A stretch of 64,000 nt of DNA from an uncultured Planctomycetota bacterium (GCA_963841915.1 CAWJEN010000006.1:224001-288000); one strand, 5' to 3'; shown: positions 52,231 through 61,549, numbered from the stretch's first letter. Made by a program: numbers and translations. Notes: generated by a model from the letters alone, not told the origin.

Positions 52231-52968
52231 ATGCGACACGACTTTCTGCCGCGAAAGGATGCGGATCTTAAGGGATGGACGGGGAATTTCGCCCGGCAAC
52301 TGCGGCGGGAGCCGAGTCCGTATCCGGTCTCGCCGGCGGAGGCGGCGGCGTACGGGGTACTGCAGCGGCGGTTCGCCGAGCGGCTGCAGGCGGCGAGTGA
52401 CGAGGCGACGCGCGGGATCAAGACCGTCTACCTCAAGGACGAAACCCGGCGGGAGCTCGTGGCGGAGACGCGTCGTTTGGCAAAGCGGATTCGTGGGGCG
52501 GACGTCGAGCCGGGGCTGTTACTGGATGCCGGGCTGACGGTGCCGACACCGCGGCGGAAGGTGGCGAGCGCCGTCGAGGAGGTGCCGTGGCTGGTTGTCG
52601 AGATCGGCGCAGGCGGCGTGCTGGAGATCGGCCTGGGCCGCCCTGTCACGGGCACGACCGCCCGGCCGGCCGGGGCGACCGGGGCGTTGCTGCTGGCGTG
52701 CGTGCGTGACGCCGAGCCGCCGCGGACGCTGGGGGCGTGGGCGGTTGTCGGCACGACGACGACGACGCGGGCGACGCTGCGGCCGGGGGACGTGCCGGGT
52801 TGTGTCGAGGGGCCGGACGGATTGAATCGCCTGTGGCTGTCGGCGGCGTGGGTCGGGCCACGGCTGCAGGTGGGCGGCTTGGCCGAGCCGGTGCGGGCGG
52901 CGTCGGCTTGGGGGTCTTGCCTCACGCTTCCGGCGAACAACGGGCAGACGTTCAAGCAGGCGGCATGA
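52231..52968 (+). CDS. Hypothetical protein (helical N-terminus, beta-rich C-terminus)
   Basis: GAGG RBS before ATG 52231; MRHDFLPRKDADL.GW..NF start. Confidence 0.6.
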   Translation: MRHDFLPRKDADLKGWTGNFARQLRREPSPYPVSPAEAAAYGVLQRRFAERLQAASDEATRGIKTVYLKDETRRELVAETRRLAKRIRGADVEPGLLLDAGLTVPTPRRKVASAVEEVPWLVVEIGAGGVLEIGLGRPVTGTTARPAGATGALLLACVRDAEPPRTLGAWAVVGTTTTTRATLRPGDVPGCVEGPDGLNRLWLSAAWVGPRLQVGGLAEPVRAASAWGSCLTLPANNGQTFKQAA

Positions 52969-53519
52969 AGGGTCTCTCGGGTCGCCGTCTGCGGAGATCT
53001 GTGTCGGGTTCTCCGCCGTTGCCACCCCCCACCACCGACTCGGATCGCGCGGACGCAAACCATCTTCGGGAGCAGACCCCGCAGGACGACGTAAGGGTTC
53101 AGAACCTTATCGCGGCGGTCGTGACGCCACACCGGGTGTCACGATCTGAGCCGCTTTCTGACTTGGGCGAACCTTGAAGGTGCCGCGAAGCGTCGCCGAC
53201 ACGGGTGGTCCGCACGGTCAGCAGGCCGGCGTCGAGAGACGAGGCGTCGATCACCTCGAAGCCGCGGCGGACATGAGGGGCGAGGAATCGCGTCACGGTT
53301 CGGCCGGGGCAGCGGTCGCACAGCGGGTCGATGCCGGGCCACACGCCGCCGAGGTCGGCGCGAGGGCCGAGCGTCCTTCGGCCGGATCGTCTCCGTCGCG
53401 TCAGGTGGGATCGATCCGTCCGGATGAACAAGAGGGCGCGCAACGCTGATCTGCACCGTCCGCCCCTGCCTCCTGCGGACAAAGCGCGACGGGTTGCTCG
53501 ACCTTCAAGATTCGAACGT

Positions 53520-53654
53520 CCGCCACAAATTTCCTATGTCGCTGCCACATGGAGGAAGCCCTTCGATGGGCTCATCGAAGGGCTTGAACTCGCCAGAAGT
53601 CGGGCTGACAGGATTCGAACCTGCGACCTCTTGACCCCCAGTCAAGCGCGCTAA
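53520..53654 (+). pseudogene. Remnant 3' end of a putative serine recombinase reading into the tRNA
   Basis: TWRKPFDGLIEGLELARSRADRIRTCDL resembles (from memory, not searched) C-termini of tRNA-targeting planctomycete recombinases; rest of the gene absent. Confidence 0.5.
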
Positions 53655-53674
53655 CCAAACTGCGCCACAGCCCG
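53600..53674 (-). tRNA. tRNA-Pro(GGG), CCA not encoded
   Basis: Acceptor CGGGCTG/CAGCCCG-A, anticodon arm CTTGA-CTGGGGG-TCAAG, T loop GGTTCGAATCC. Confidence 0.96.
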
Positions 53675-53781
53675 TTGAGCCGACAGCCTACACGGGTCGT
53701 CCGACCACTTCCACCGCAAGATTCGCCGCGAGCCGACCGCTACACTGCCGCCCCTTGGCAGATGCAGCATTTAGCGGAACG

Positions 53782-55062
53782 ATGAATGTGGCCCTTCTCG
53801 GTTCCGGCGGACGGGAGCACGCCCTCGCGTGGAAACTGTGCCAATCGCCCCGGCTCGGCAAGCTTCACGCGTGGCCCGGCAACCCCGGCATCGCGGCCGT
53901 CTCGCCCAAAGTCACGTGTCGCGGCGTCAACATCAACGACGGGGCTGAGGTCGTTCGCCTCGCCAAAGAAGCCGACATCAAGCTGGTGATCGTCGGGCCA
54001 GAAGACCCGTTGGCCAAGGGCGTGGCAGACGCACTCGCCAAGGCCGGCATTGCCTGTTTCGGCCCGTCGCAAGCGGCGGCGAAGCTCGAGGCCGACAAGG
54101 CGTTCGCCAAGGACGTCATGAAGATCGCCAATGTCCCGACGGCAGAAAGCCGGACGTTCATCCGCTTCAACGAGGCCGACCGGTACGTCAAGCGACGCGA
54201 AGCGCCGATGGTCGTCAAGGCCGCAGGCTTGGCCAAGGGCAAAGGTGTCACGATCTGCCGCACCAATGCCGAAGCGGCAGAAGCGGTCAAGCAGATGATG
54301 AAACTCGACGCGTTCGGCGACGCCGGCCACACCGTCGTTGTCGAGGATCTTCTTGAGGGCGTCGAGTGCAGCCTGCTTGCCCTCGTCGACGGCCGCAGCA
54401 TTTACACGCTGCCCGCCTGCCAGGATCACAAACCCGTGGGCGACGGCAACACCGGCCCGATGACCGGCGGCATGGGCGCGTTCTGCCCTGCCGACACGCT
54501 CACGGATACGCTTCGCCAAAAGATCGAGACCGACGTCATCGTCCCGACGCTCGACGTCCTGGCACGCGACGACGTCACGTACCGCGGCTGCCTGTACGTC
54601 GGCCTGATGCTCACGAGCGACGGGCCACGCGTGCTGGAGTTCAACGTGCGCTTCGGTGATCCCGAGACGCAGCCCCTCATGGCTCGGTGGAAAGGCGATC
54701 TGCTTGAAGCGTTCTACGCGACGGCGACCGGCACTCTGGCCGACTTCGTCGACGGTGGCGGTATCGAATTTGCCGACGACGCGGCGGTGTGTGTCGTTGT
54801 CGCTAGTGGCGGTTACCCGGGCGATTATACCAGCGGCCGCGAAATCACGGGTGTTGATCAGGCTGACCTGCTTGAGGGCGTGCAGGTCTTCCACGCCGGC
54901 ACCGCGAGGCGTAGCGACACGCTTGTCACTGACGGCGGCCGCGTGCTGGGTGTGACGGCGACAGGCTCGAACCTCAAGCAGGCCCGCGAACGCGCTTATG
55001 CCGCGTGCGGCAAGATCAAGTTCGTCGGTGCCCACTACCGCAGCGATATCGGCAGTATGTGA
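53782..55062 (+). CDS. purD: Phosphoribosylamine--glycine ligase
   Basis: GSGGREHALAW, GPEDPL, KAAGLAKGKGV, TGGMGA, EFNVRFGDPETQ, YRSDIG. Confidence 0.96.
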   Translation: MNVALLGSGGREHALAWKLCQSPRLGKLHAWPGNPGIAAVSPKVTCRGVNINDGAEVVRLAKEADIKLVIVGPEDPLAKGVADALAKAGIACFGPSQAAAKLEADKAFAKDVMKIANVPTAESRTFIRFNEADRYVKRREAPMVVKAAGLAKGKGVTICRTNAEAAEAVKQMMKLDAFGDAGHTVVVEDLLEGVECSLLALVDGRSIYTLPACQDHKPVGDGNTGPMTGGMGAFCPADTLTDTLRQKIETDVIVPTLDVLARDDVTYRGCLYVGLMLTSDGPRVLEFNVRFGDPETQPLMARWKGDLLEAFYATATGTLADFVDGGGIEFADDAAVCVVVASGGYPGDYTSGREITGVDQADLLEGVQVFHAGTARRSDTLVTDGGRVLGVTATGSNLKQARERAYAACGKIKFVGAHYRSDIGSM

Positions 55063-55072
55063 AGGATCGGCT

Positions 55073-56971
55073 ATGCAAGAGGCAAGCGCCAGGCTGACGT
55101 CGTGGCCTGCCGCGATCGTGGCGGCGGCGCTGATTTGCCTGGCGCTTTGGCCGGCAACGCGATGGGTGGAGCTCTCCACCGGTAGCGAACAACTCGTCGT
55201 CGCTGCTGCACTGGAATCGCAACGGGACGGTTCATGGCAACGCCGCCTGGTCCCGCAGATGGCCGGCGAGCCACGGCTTCGCAAACCGCCGCTGACAACG
55301 TGGCTGGCCATGGCCGTCGTCTCGCCCGACGAAGCGCGACATCTAGCAAAACCCACCGGAGCCGCGGTCCCACGGACCGCCGGTCTGACGACGAGCGAAG
55401 CACCGGCGCTTCACGCTTCCAGCCAGGCGTCTTCCGCTTCGCAAGATCGCATCCAGAAAGACACGACCGCGGCGCCATCGACTTCGTCAGACCAACGGTC
55501 CGTGGAACCGGGGCTCTCGACCTCTCTCGACGATGATGGATTTCGCTCGCTCGCCGGTCGGATCCGCGGCGTCGCGTTGCTGCTGGGACTCGCGACGCTG
55601 CTGCTGACGTACGAGCTGGGCCGAGTGCTGTCTGACAGCCGCCTTATCGGGATGGCGTCGCTGCTGATTTGCGGGTCGACATTCTTCTTCGCCGAGCAAT
55701 TTTCGCGGCTGACAACTGACGTGGTGTTGGCGACGACGGTCGTCGCGGCCAACGTTGCCTTTGCCCACGCGGTGCTTCAGGGGCGACGCATCGGTTGGGT
55801 CGTGGCAGGCATGGTCCTGGGGCTTTCGTTCATGGCCAAGGGGCCCGTGGGGGTGCTACAGACGGTGGTGCCTTTGGGCGTGTTTTTTGTATTCGCTCGA
55901 AGCCGACTGCGGGTTGCAGACCCGCAGCTACCTTGGGTTTCGCTGCTTCTGGGGGTTGTTCTGTTCCTTCTCGTGGCTCTGCCTTGGTTCGGATACGTGC
56001 TAGCGAGCGAGCCCGGGGCTTGGGCGACGTGGACGCAGGAAGTGGCGCGGACGGACGCGACGGTGCCGACGAGCAAGCCGCTGGCGTACCTCGTGCTGCC
56101 GTTGCTGGTGGGGCCTTGGACCATCTTCGCGGTGCTGGGGCTACTGACGGCAACGATCGAGATCGTGCGGCGAGCAGGTTGGCGGCCACGTTTCCTGCGT
56201 GCGATCGGCCGCGTGCGGGCGAGCGGGCTGCTGTGGGCGCTGCTGATGGTGCTCGTGCCGATCGTCATCATGACGCTCTTCCGCGACCGCAAGGACCGGT
56301 ACCTCTTACCGATGATTCCGCCATTGTGCGTCTTGGCGGCGATGGCGTTGCAGATGGTGTTTGCCGACATTCGTCGGCGACCGGTGGCCGCTTCGCTGGC
56401 GATCGGCGGGCACTGGCTCATCGTGTTGGTGCTCGTCGTGGGCTTGCCGATCACGATGACGCAGTTGCCGCGGGATCAGTACGACGACGCGACGCCTTGG
56501 ATGAGCGGCACGCTCGGGTGGACGCTGGCCTCGATCGGCCTGATGCTTTGGGTTGTTGGGGTTTTGGCTTGGAAGGTCGCAAAGCCACTGAAGTGGCGTT
56601 GCCGGGGTGAGTCGTTGATCTGCGTCGCGACGTGTCTGTTGTTCCTTTACGCCTCGAACGTCTTTTTATGGGGTTACTCGACCAGCCGAGAGGCGCAGGC
56701 CGACCTCAAGCCGATCGCCGAAGCCATCGTCGCAGGTGCTCCGAACGCGGCGGTGTGGCATGGCGAACCGTTCGTGCCGCCCGATCTGCTCATCTACAGC
56801 GGCCGCGTCATCAGGCCGCTTCCGAGCGATCTGCCGCCAGGGCAGCACGTTTATGTCGTTAGGCAGCGGCGCAGCGACATTGATCCCGAACCGACCATGC
56901 CGCCGCCCTGGCGACTCCTGGCAACGGCCCGTCGTGATCGCAGTCTGTGGTGGGCATTTATCACGGATTGA
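55073..56971 (+). CDS. ArnT/PMT-family (GT-C) glycosyltransferase with an in-frame repeat insertion
   Basis: P..GEPRLRKPPL.TW, MAKGPVG, RKDRYLLP, many TM helices. Confidence 0.85.
   Translation: MQEASARLTSWPAAIVAAALICLALWPATRWVELSTGSEQLVVAAALESQRDGSWQRRLVPQMAGEPRLRKPPLTTWLAMAVVSPDEARHLAKPTGAAVPRTAGLTTSEAPALHASSQASSASQDRIQKDTTAAPSTSSDQRSVEPGLSTSLDDDGFRSLAGRIRGVALLLGLATLLLTYELGRVLSDSRLIGMASLLICGSTFFFAEQFSRLTTDVVLATTVVAANVAFAHAVLQGRRIGWVVAGMVLGLSFMAKGPVGVLQTVVPLGVFFVFARSRLRVADPQLPWVSLLLGVVLFLLVALPWFGYVLASEPGAWATWTQEVARTDATVPTSKPLAYLVLPLLVGPWTIFAVLGLLTATIEIVRRAGWRPRFLRAIGRVRASGLLWALLMVLVPIVIMTLFRDRKDRYLLPMIPPLCVLAAMALQMVFADIRRRPVAASLAIGGHWLIVLVLVVGLPITMTQLPRDQYDDATPWMSGTLGWTLASIGLMLWVVGVLAWKVAKPLKWRCRGESLICVATCLLFLYASNVFLWGYSTSREAQADLKPIAEAIVAGAPNAAVWHGEPFVPPDLLIYSGRVIRPLPSDLPPGQHVYVVRQRRSDIDPEPTMPPPWRLLATARRDRSLWWAFITD
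55360..55515. repeat. 156-bp family A element inside the ArnT-like CDS
   Basis: First 32 bp 31/32 identical to 533-564; 32-bp TIR with 4 mismatches; length is 52 codons. Confidence 0.85.
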
Positions 56972-57524
56972 GCAGCGTCATCGACCACGTACCGTCGCCG
57001 CCGAGCCGGTATCGCTCGCGGCGGTGCAGGCGGGCCTCGCCGTCGTGCCAGATCTCGATGTCATCGGCGACAATCCGCCAGCCGCCCCAATGCGGCGGCC
57101 TCGGCACCTCGCCCGGATACGTCGCCTCCACCTCCGCCACGCGACGCTTCAGATCTTCAAAATCGTCCAAAGGCCGCGACTGCTCGCTCGCCCACGCCCC
57201 AACCTGACTGCCACGCGGTCGACTGGCGAAGTAAGCGTCGCTCTCGGCGGGCGTGACCTTCTCCACCCGGCCGGCGACGCGGACCTGCATGAGCGTCTCG
57301 TGCCAGTACACCGCCATCGCCGCACACGGGTTGGCGGTCAGATCGGCTGACTTGTCGCTCTCGTAGTTCGTAAAGAAGACAACGCCCCGCTCGTCGACAC
57401 CTTTGACGAGCACCACGCGCGCCCGCGGCCTGCCGGACGCGTCGACGGTCGCCAGTGTCACCGCATTTGGCAGGTCACGCGTCGGCCGCTGTAGTTCCTG
57501 TCGCACACGGTCGAGCGGATTCAT
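56961..57524 (-). CDS. pdxH: Pyridoxamine 5'-phosphate oxidase
   Basis: P.ARVVLVK, FFTNYESDK, YFASRPRGSQVGAWASEQS, PRPPHWGG, RLHRR. Confidence 0.93.
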   Translation of the reverse strand: MNPLDRVRQELQRPTRDLPNAVTLATVDASGRPRARVVLVKGVDERGVVFFTNYESDKSADLTANPCAAMAVYWHETLMQVRVAGRVEKVTPAESDAYFASRPRGSQVGAWASEQSRPLDDFEDLKRRVAEVEATYPGEVPRPPHWGGWRIVADDIEIWHDGEARLHRRERYRLGGDGTWSMTLLNP

Positions 57525-57537
57525 GCCAATCCCAACT

Positions 57538-57969
57538 TCAGATGTGGTACATCACGTCGTCGGACCCGGCGGCGCGTCTGGCGTCCTCGGACAAGTCCGA
57601 CAGCGTCCAATCGCCGCACGTCTTGTTCTGCTGGTCGGCCAGCCGATCGGCGACCATGGCGACGGCACGTGATCCAACGGTCGGCGGCTCGGGCGTATCG
57701 AGCTCGTCCGTCGGCTCTAACGCCTCGAGCACCTGCCGCACCGTGATCTGCGTCGGCGGCCTGCGGAGGCGATACCCGCCGCCGCTACCGACTTTGCTTT
57801 CGAGCAGGCCGGCCCGACGCAGGACGAGCAGCACCTGCTCGAGGAACTTGGTCGGCATCTTTTCGCCGTCCGCCAGATCCCGCGACTGCGCAAAACCACC
57901 GGCCGAATGGAGGGCGGCCAGCCGCACCGCAGCCCGCAGGCCATATTGAGTTCGCTTTGACAGGTGCAA
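57538..57969 (-). CDS. Rrf2-family transcriptional regulator lacking the three-Cys Fe-S motif
   Basis: YGLRA, FLEQVL..LRRAGLLESK.G..GGYRL. Confidence 0.88.
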   Translation of the reverse strand: MHLSKRTQYGLRAAVRLAALHSAGGFAQSRDLADGEKMPTKFLEQVLLVLRRAGLLESKVGSGGGYRLRRPPTQITVRQVLEALEPTDELDTPEPPTVGSRAVAMVADRLADQQNKTCGDWTLSDLSEDARRAAGSDDVMYHI

Positions 57970-58019
57970 CGCTCAGCCCCCAGACAGGTGAATAGCTCGT
58001 GATCTACGCTCGTCACGCT

Positions 58020-59858
58020 ATGCCCGGTCGTCTTCGTTTGTTCATCGTGCTGCTCGTCGGCCTGCTCTCGGTCACGCCAGCCGTGGCACAAACAGGCCTC
58101 GACCTCTTCGGTGATACTGCACCCAAACCGGCGTTCGGCGACAAAGCAACCGTCGAAGCGTCAGCCAACTTCGAGACGGTCCAGCCCGGTCAGCAGGTCG
58201 TCATCGCCATCGTGCTCGATGTCGTCGATGGGTATCACGCACAGTCTGCCACGCCGCTGACCGACAACCTCATCGCCTTCCGCATCGACTCCACCGGCGA
58301 CGACTACACCGCTTACGAACCGACCTACGCCCCCGGCAAGGTCAAGATCTATCCGCTGCTCTCGCCCGAGACGCAGGGCAAAGTCGACCTGTACGAAGGC
58401 CGCTCGGTTCACTACGTGCCGGTCGAGATCGATCCCGACACAACCGTCGGCTCGACCATTACCATCACCGGCACGGCCACGTATCAGGCGTGCGACGACC
58501 AGTCGTGCGACCCGCCGACGACGGTCGACTGGTCGGTCGCTCTGCCGGTCGTCGCACGCGAGGTCGAGACCGCCGACCAGGCGTTGTTTGCGGACTTTGA
58601 CCCGACGACATGGACGCGGCTGCAGGAAGCGACAGGCGCGTCCCAGGCGTTCAACCTCTTCGGCTGGGAACTCGACCTGGCCAACTTCAACACGCTGGGC
58701 GTACTGGCGCTTGCCTTTGTCGCGGGCATCTTGTTCAACGTCGTGCCGTGCGTGCTGCCGGTGCTGCCTTTAAAGGCGATCAGCTTTTACGAAGCGAGCC
58801 AGCACCGCCGCGGCCGGACGATCGTGCTCGGGCTTGCGTTCGGCCTGGGCGTCGTACTCGTCTTCGTGGCGCTGGGCATCATGCTGTTTTCGCTGAAGCT
58901 CTTTACCTGGGGCGAGCCGTTCAGCAATCCGTGGTTCAGCGGCATCGTCGCACTCGTGCTGCTGGTGATGGCGGCCTACCAGTTCGACGTCATCACCTTC
59001 GCGCTGCCGATGAAGGTCTACTCGCTGACACCGCGCCACGACACCGTCACCGGCAACATCGCCTTCGGCGGCCTGACCGCCGTCCTGTCGACGCCCTGCA
59101 CGTTCGGCCTCTTTGCCGCCCTGCTGTCGTGGGCACTGGCACAGGAAGCGTGGCTCGCCGTCCTCGGCATCACTGTGGTCGGCATCGGCATGGCATCGCC
59201 TTACGTGTTGCTCAGCGCATTCCCCGAAAGCGCCCGCAAAATCCCTCGCAGCGGCCCGGTCAGCGACGTCGTCAAGAAAGCGACCGGCTTCCTCGTCCTG
59301 GCCATTGCTGTCTTCTTCGCCAAGGTCGCCCTACGCCCGATCCTGCCGGGCTTTATCAGCGGCAACGCGTACTGGTGGCTCGTCTTCGTCCCCGTCGCTG
59401 CGGCGTGCGTGTTCCTCATCGTCCAGGGCAGCCGCGCCACGGGTCGCATCGGCACGGCCATCTGCATCACGCTCGGCGTGGGCACGTTGATCGCCGCGCT
59501 GATCTTCACCGGCCGCCTGGCCAGCGAGCCTTTCGAGAAGTTCGACACCGCCCGACTCGCCAGCATCGAGAACCCGATTGTCGTCAAGTTCACCGCCGAC
59601 TGGTGTCTCAACTGCAAGACCATCGAAGCTCGCGTCTTCGGCGACAGCGACTACGTCGACGGCCTGCGATCGGACGACGTCACGCTGCTCAAGGCAGACC
59701 TCAGCGACGCCGACGCCGAAGGCTGGGCATTGCTCGAGGAGCTCAATCCCTCGCGATCGATTCCCTTCACGGCCGTCTACCTCCCCGGTGAATCCCGCCC
59801 GCGGACGCTCACCGGCATGTACAGCGCCGACGACCTTGACGCTGCATTGCAGAAGTAG
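58020..59858 (+). CDS. DsbD-like thiol:disulfide interchange protein
   Basis: YQACDDQSC, PCVLPVLP, STPC, FTADWCLNC. Confidence 0.9.
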   Translation: MPGRLRLFIVLLVGLLSVTPAVAQTGLDLFGDTAPKPAFGDKATVEASANFETVQPGQQVVIAIVLDVVDGYHAQSATPLTDNLIAFRIDSTGDDYTAYEPTYAPGKVKIYPLLSPETQGKVDLYEGRSVHYVPVEIDPDTTVGSTITITGTATYQACDDQSCDPPTTVDWSVALPVVAREVETADQALFADFDPTTWTRLQEATGASQAFNLFGWELDLANFNTLGVLALAFVAGILFNVVPCVLPVLPLKAISFYEASQHRRGRTIVLGLAFGLGVVLVFVALGIMLFSLKLFTWGEPFSNPWFSGIVALVLLVMAAYQFDVITFALPMKVYSLTPRHDTVTGNIAFGGLTAVLSTPCTFGLFAALLSWALAQEAWLAVLGITVVGIGMASPYVLLSAFPESARKIPRSGPVSDVVKKATGFLVLAIAVFFAKVALRPILPGFISGNAYWWLVFVPVAAACVFLIVQGSRATGRIGTAICITLGVGTLIAALIFTGRLASEPFEKFDTARLASIENPIVVKFTADWCLNCKTIEARVFGDSDYVDGLRSDDVTLLKADLSDADAEGWALLEELNPSRSIPFTAVYLPGESRPRTLTGMYSADDLDAALQK

Positions 59859-59899
59859 GCATCTCTGGAAGCGGAAAGACACAGCCATAGAAACGTCGC

Positions 59900-60580
59900 G
59901 TGCACTGGGCCTTTGACGAAGTCGCCGACGCTGTAGGCCGTGCGTTGGAACAAGCCGAGGCTGATTTGCGGCTGGAGCAGGCGGTGTACGGGCTCGACGC
60001 AATGAAGGAGGTGCCGTTGCAGGGCGTCCTCGCCGACGGGCTATCGGCGTCGGGATTCTGCAGCGTCACGCGTGAGGCCCATTACCCGTCGGATCTGTCA
60101 AAGAAAAAGCCCGGTCGGCGGCGGTGCGACCTGGTGCTGACGAAGCCTGGCACGTCGTTGCTGCAGGCCGATGCGGTCGACCTGTTCACGCCGACCGACG
60201 CCTCTCCGCCCGGTGAGGCGTTGTGGCTGGAGGTGAAGGTCGCCCACCAGTTTGCCGAAGGTGGCAGACGGCACAGCGGCTACGGCGAGCAATGGCGTGG
60301 TGCAACCATACGCGACCTGCAAAAGATGGAGACCGAGACCGCTGTCCGTGAGGCCGGTCTGCTGCTGATCGCCTTTACCGGTGACGAGGCGACGGTGGAC
60401 AGTGACCTGGAGCTGTTCGAGACGGTGCTGGCCCGCAAGGAGGTGCTTGCCGGGTTCCGCCAGGTGCGTGGGTTGCCGATCCTCGAACGCAACGGCCACA
60501 CCCGCGTGACGGCAGCGCTCTGGCCGACGATTCAGCGACCGGCCGACCAGACGGCACAGCCGCTCGATTCCGCACCGTGA
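59900..60580 (+). CDS. Hypothetical protein, possible PD-(D/E)XK fold
   Basis: REAHYP..RCDLVL..LWLEVK pattern. Confidence 0.55.
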   Translation: MHWAFDEVADAVGRALEQAEADLRLEQAVYGLDAMKEVPLQGVLADGLSASGFCSVTREAHYPSDLSKKKPGRRRCDLVLTKPGTSLLQADAVDLFTPTDASPPGEALWLEVKVAHQFAEGGRRHSGYGEQWRGATIRDLQKMETETAVREAGLLLIAFTGDEATVDSDLELFETVLARKEVLAGFRQVRGLPILERNGHTRVTAALWPTIQRPADQTAQPLDSAP

Positions 60581-60612
60581 CGCAAATGGACGTCGCTGGT
60601 ACGGTTCGAGAC

Positions 60613-61203
60613 ATGTTCGACACCACCAACCGCTCCTGGATCTCACTCGCTGCCGCCTCTGCCCTTGTCGTCGGCGGGCTGACGCTCGTCGGCTGTGACG
60701 ACGGCGACGAATACGAAGGCGATGCCTCTGCGCCTGCCGAAAGGGTCGACGCGCCGGACGTCGGCGAAGAGTCCTTCAATGCTGCCGACTTCGCCGAAAA
60801 GGCTGGCGAAACCGCAAAGGCGGCCGTCGCCGATGTCAAGAAGGAGATCGACGAGGTCATGGCCGGCGACGGCACGGCTGCTGAGAAAATGTCGTCGCTC
60901 CTCGAGACCGGTCAAGAGCGGTTTGCCTCACTCAGCTCCAGCTTCAGCGACGACGGCGACGAAGCCACCGGTTCGTTCTTCGGGTCGCTCAATGACAAGT
61001 TCGACGGCCTGAAAGAAGCCGTGTCGAGTAAGAACTACACCGGCCTGGCGTCGCAGTTCTCGTCGCTGCAAAACCTCGAGATCCCGGCCGCGGCCAAGCC
61101 TTACGTCGAGCCGTACATGGAGAGCATCAAGGGTTTGATTCCCAAGCTGACGAGCGGCAACATCGGTGAGGCCGCCGGTAAGCTGCTCGGTGGTGGCGAG
61201 TAG
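60613..61203 (+). CDS. Hypothetical acidic helical lipoprotein
   Basis: Lipobox LVGC after a hydrophobic leader. Confidence 0.75.
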   Translation: MFDTTNRSWISLAAASALVVGGLTLVGCDDGDEYEGDASAPAERVDAPDVGEESFNAADFAEKAGETAKAAVADVKKEIDEVMAGDGTAAEKMSSLLETGQERFASLSSSFSDDGDEATGSFFGSLNDKFDGLKEAVSSKNYTGLASQFSSLQNLEIPAAAKPYVEPYMESIKGLIPKLTSGNIGEAAGKLLGGGE

Positions 61204-61405
61204 GCGTCCCTCTGCCGAGGGTTTCCGTCGCAGTCTCATGAAACCCAGCCCTCGCCCGCGCATGAACAATGCGTGGGCGATTTTTGTGGACACTGTTGAT
61301 GCCCAACGGTCGGCACAGCCGACATAACCTGCAGGCAGCAACGTTAAACTTCACAAAGCGTTCGACCGAGACAAACCCGATAACTAACAAGTTGTCACAC
61401 GACCA

Positions 61406-61433
61406 TTGACAGACACCCACGCCCCCGTATGAT
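61406..61433 (+). promoter_or_regulatory. Near-consensus sigma70 promoter with no downstream CDS
   Basis: TTGACA-N16-TATGAT. Confidence 0.6.
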
Positions 61434-61439
61434 AACTTG

Positions 61440-61549
61440 GGCAAGATAAACGGGACGCAGCGGCAGCAACAACGGCTCGCTCGCGACCCACGACGGCGCA
61501 TTTTCTCCCCTCCGGAAGACACCGACCCTCACGGGCGGTGTCTTCTTTT
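61440..61549 (+). ncRNA. Candidate ~110-nt small RNA
   Basis: Lies between the promoter and a + strand terminator; no ORF; contains TTCTCCCCTCC. Confidence 0.45.
61515..61549 (+). terminator. Intrinsic terminator
   Basis: GAAGACACCG..CGGTGTCTTC followed by TTTT. Confidence 0.75.

Larger units (their letters stand above)
33022..53604. mobile_element. Decayed genomic island integrated at tRNA-Pro 3' end (recombinase gene lost)
   Basis: CAGAAG(A)TCGGG at both ends; joining the ends restores tRNA-plus-terminator on one side and an in-frame recombinase-like C-terminus on the other; accessory and pseudogene content. Confidence 0.65.

Noticed and set aside
51901..52923. 12-bp direct repeat GGGTCTTGCCTC at 51901 and 52912 as a target-site duplication
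   Set aside because: The second copy is inside the CDS, with no terminal inverted repeats or transposase; chance cannot be excluded
53099..53482. Minus-strand ORF near the island's right end
   Set aside because: No RBS or recognisable motif; possibly a gene scrap but unsupported
61204..61440. oriC in the AT-richer intergenic region
   Set aside because: Only weak DnaA-box-like matches (e.g. TGTGGACAC), no clear unwinding element and no dnaA nearby
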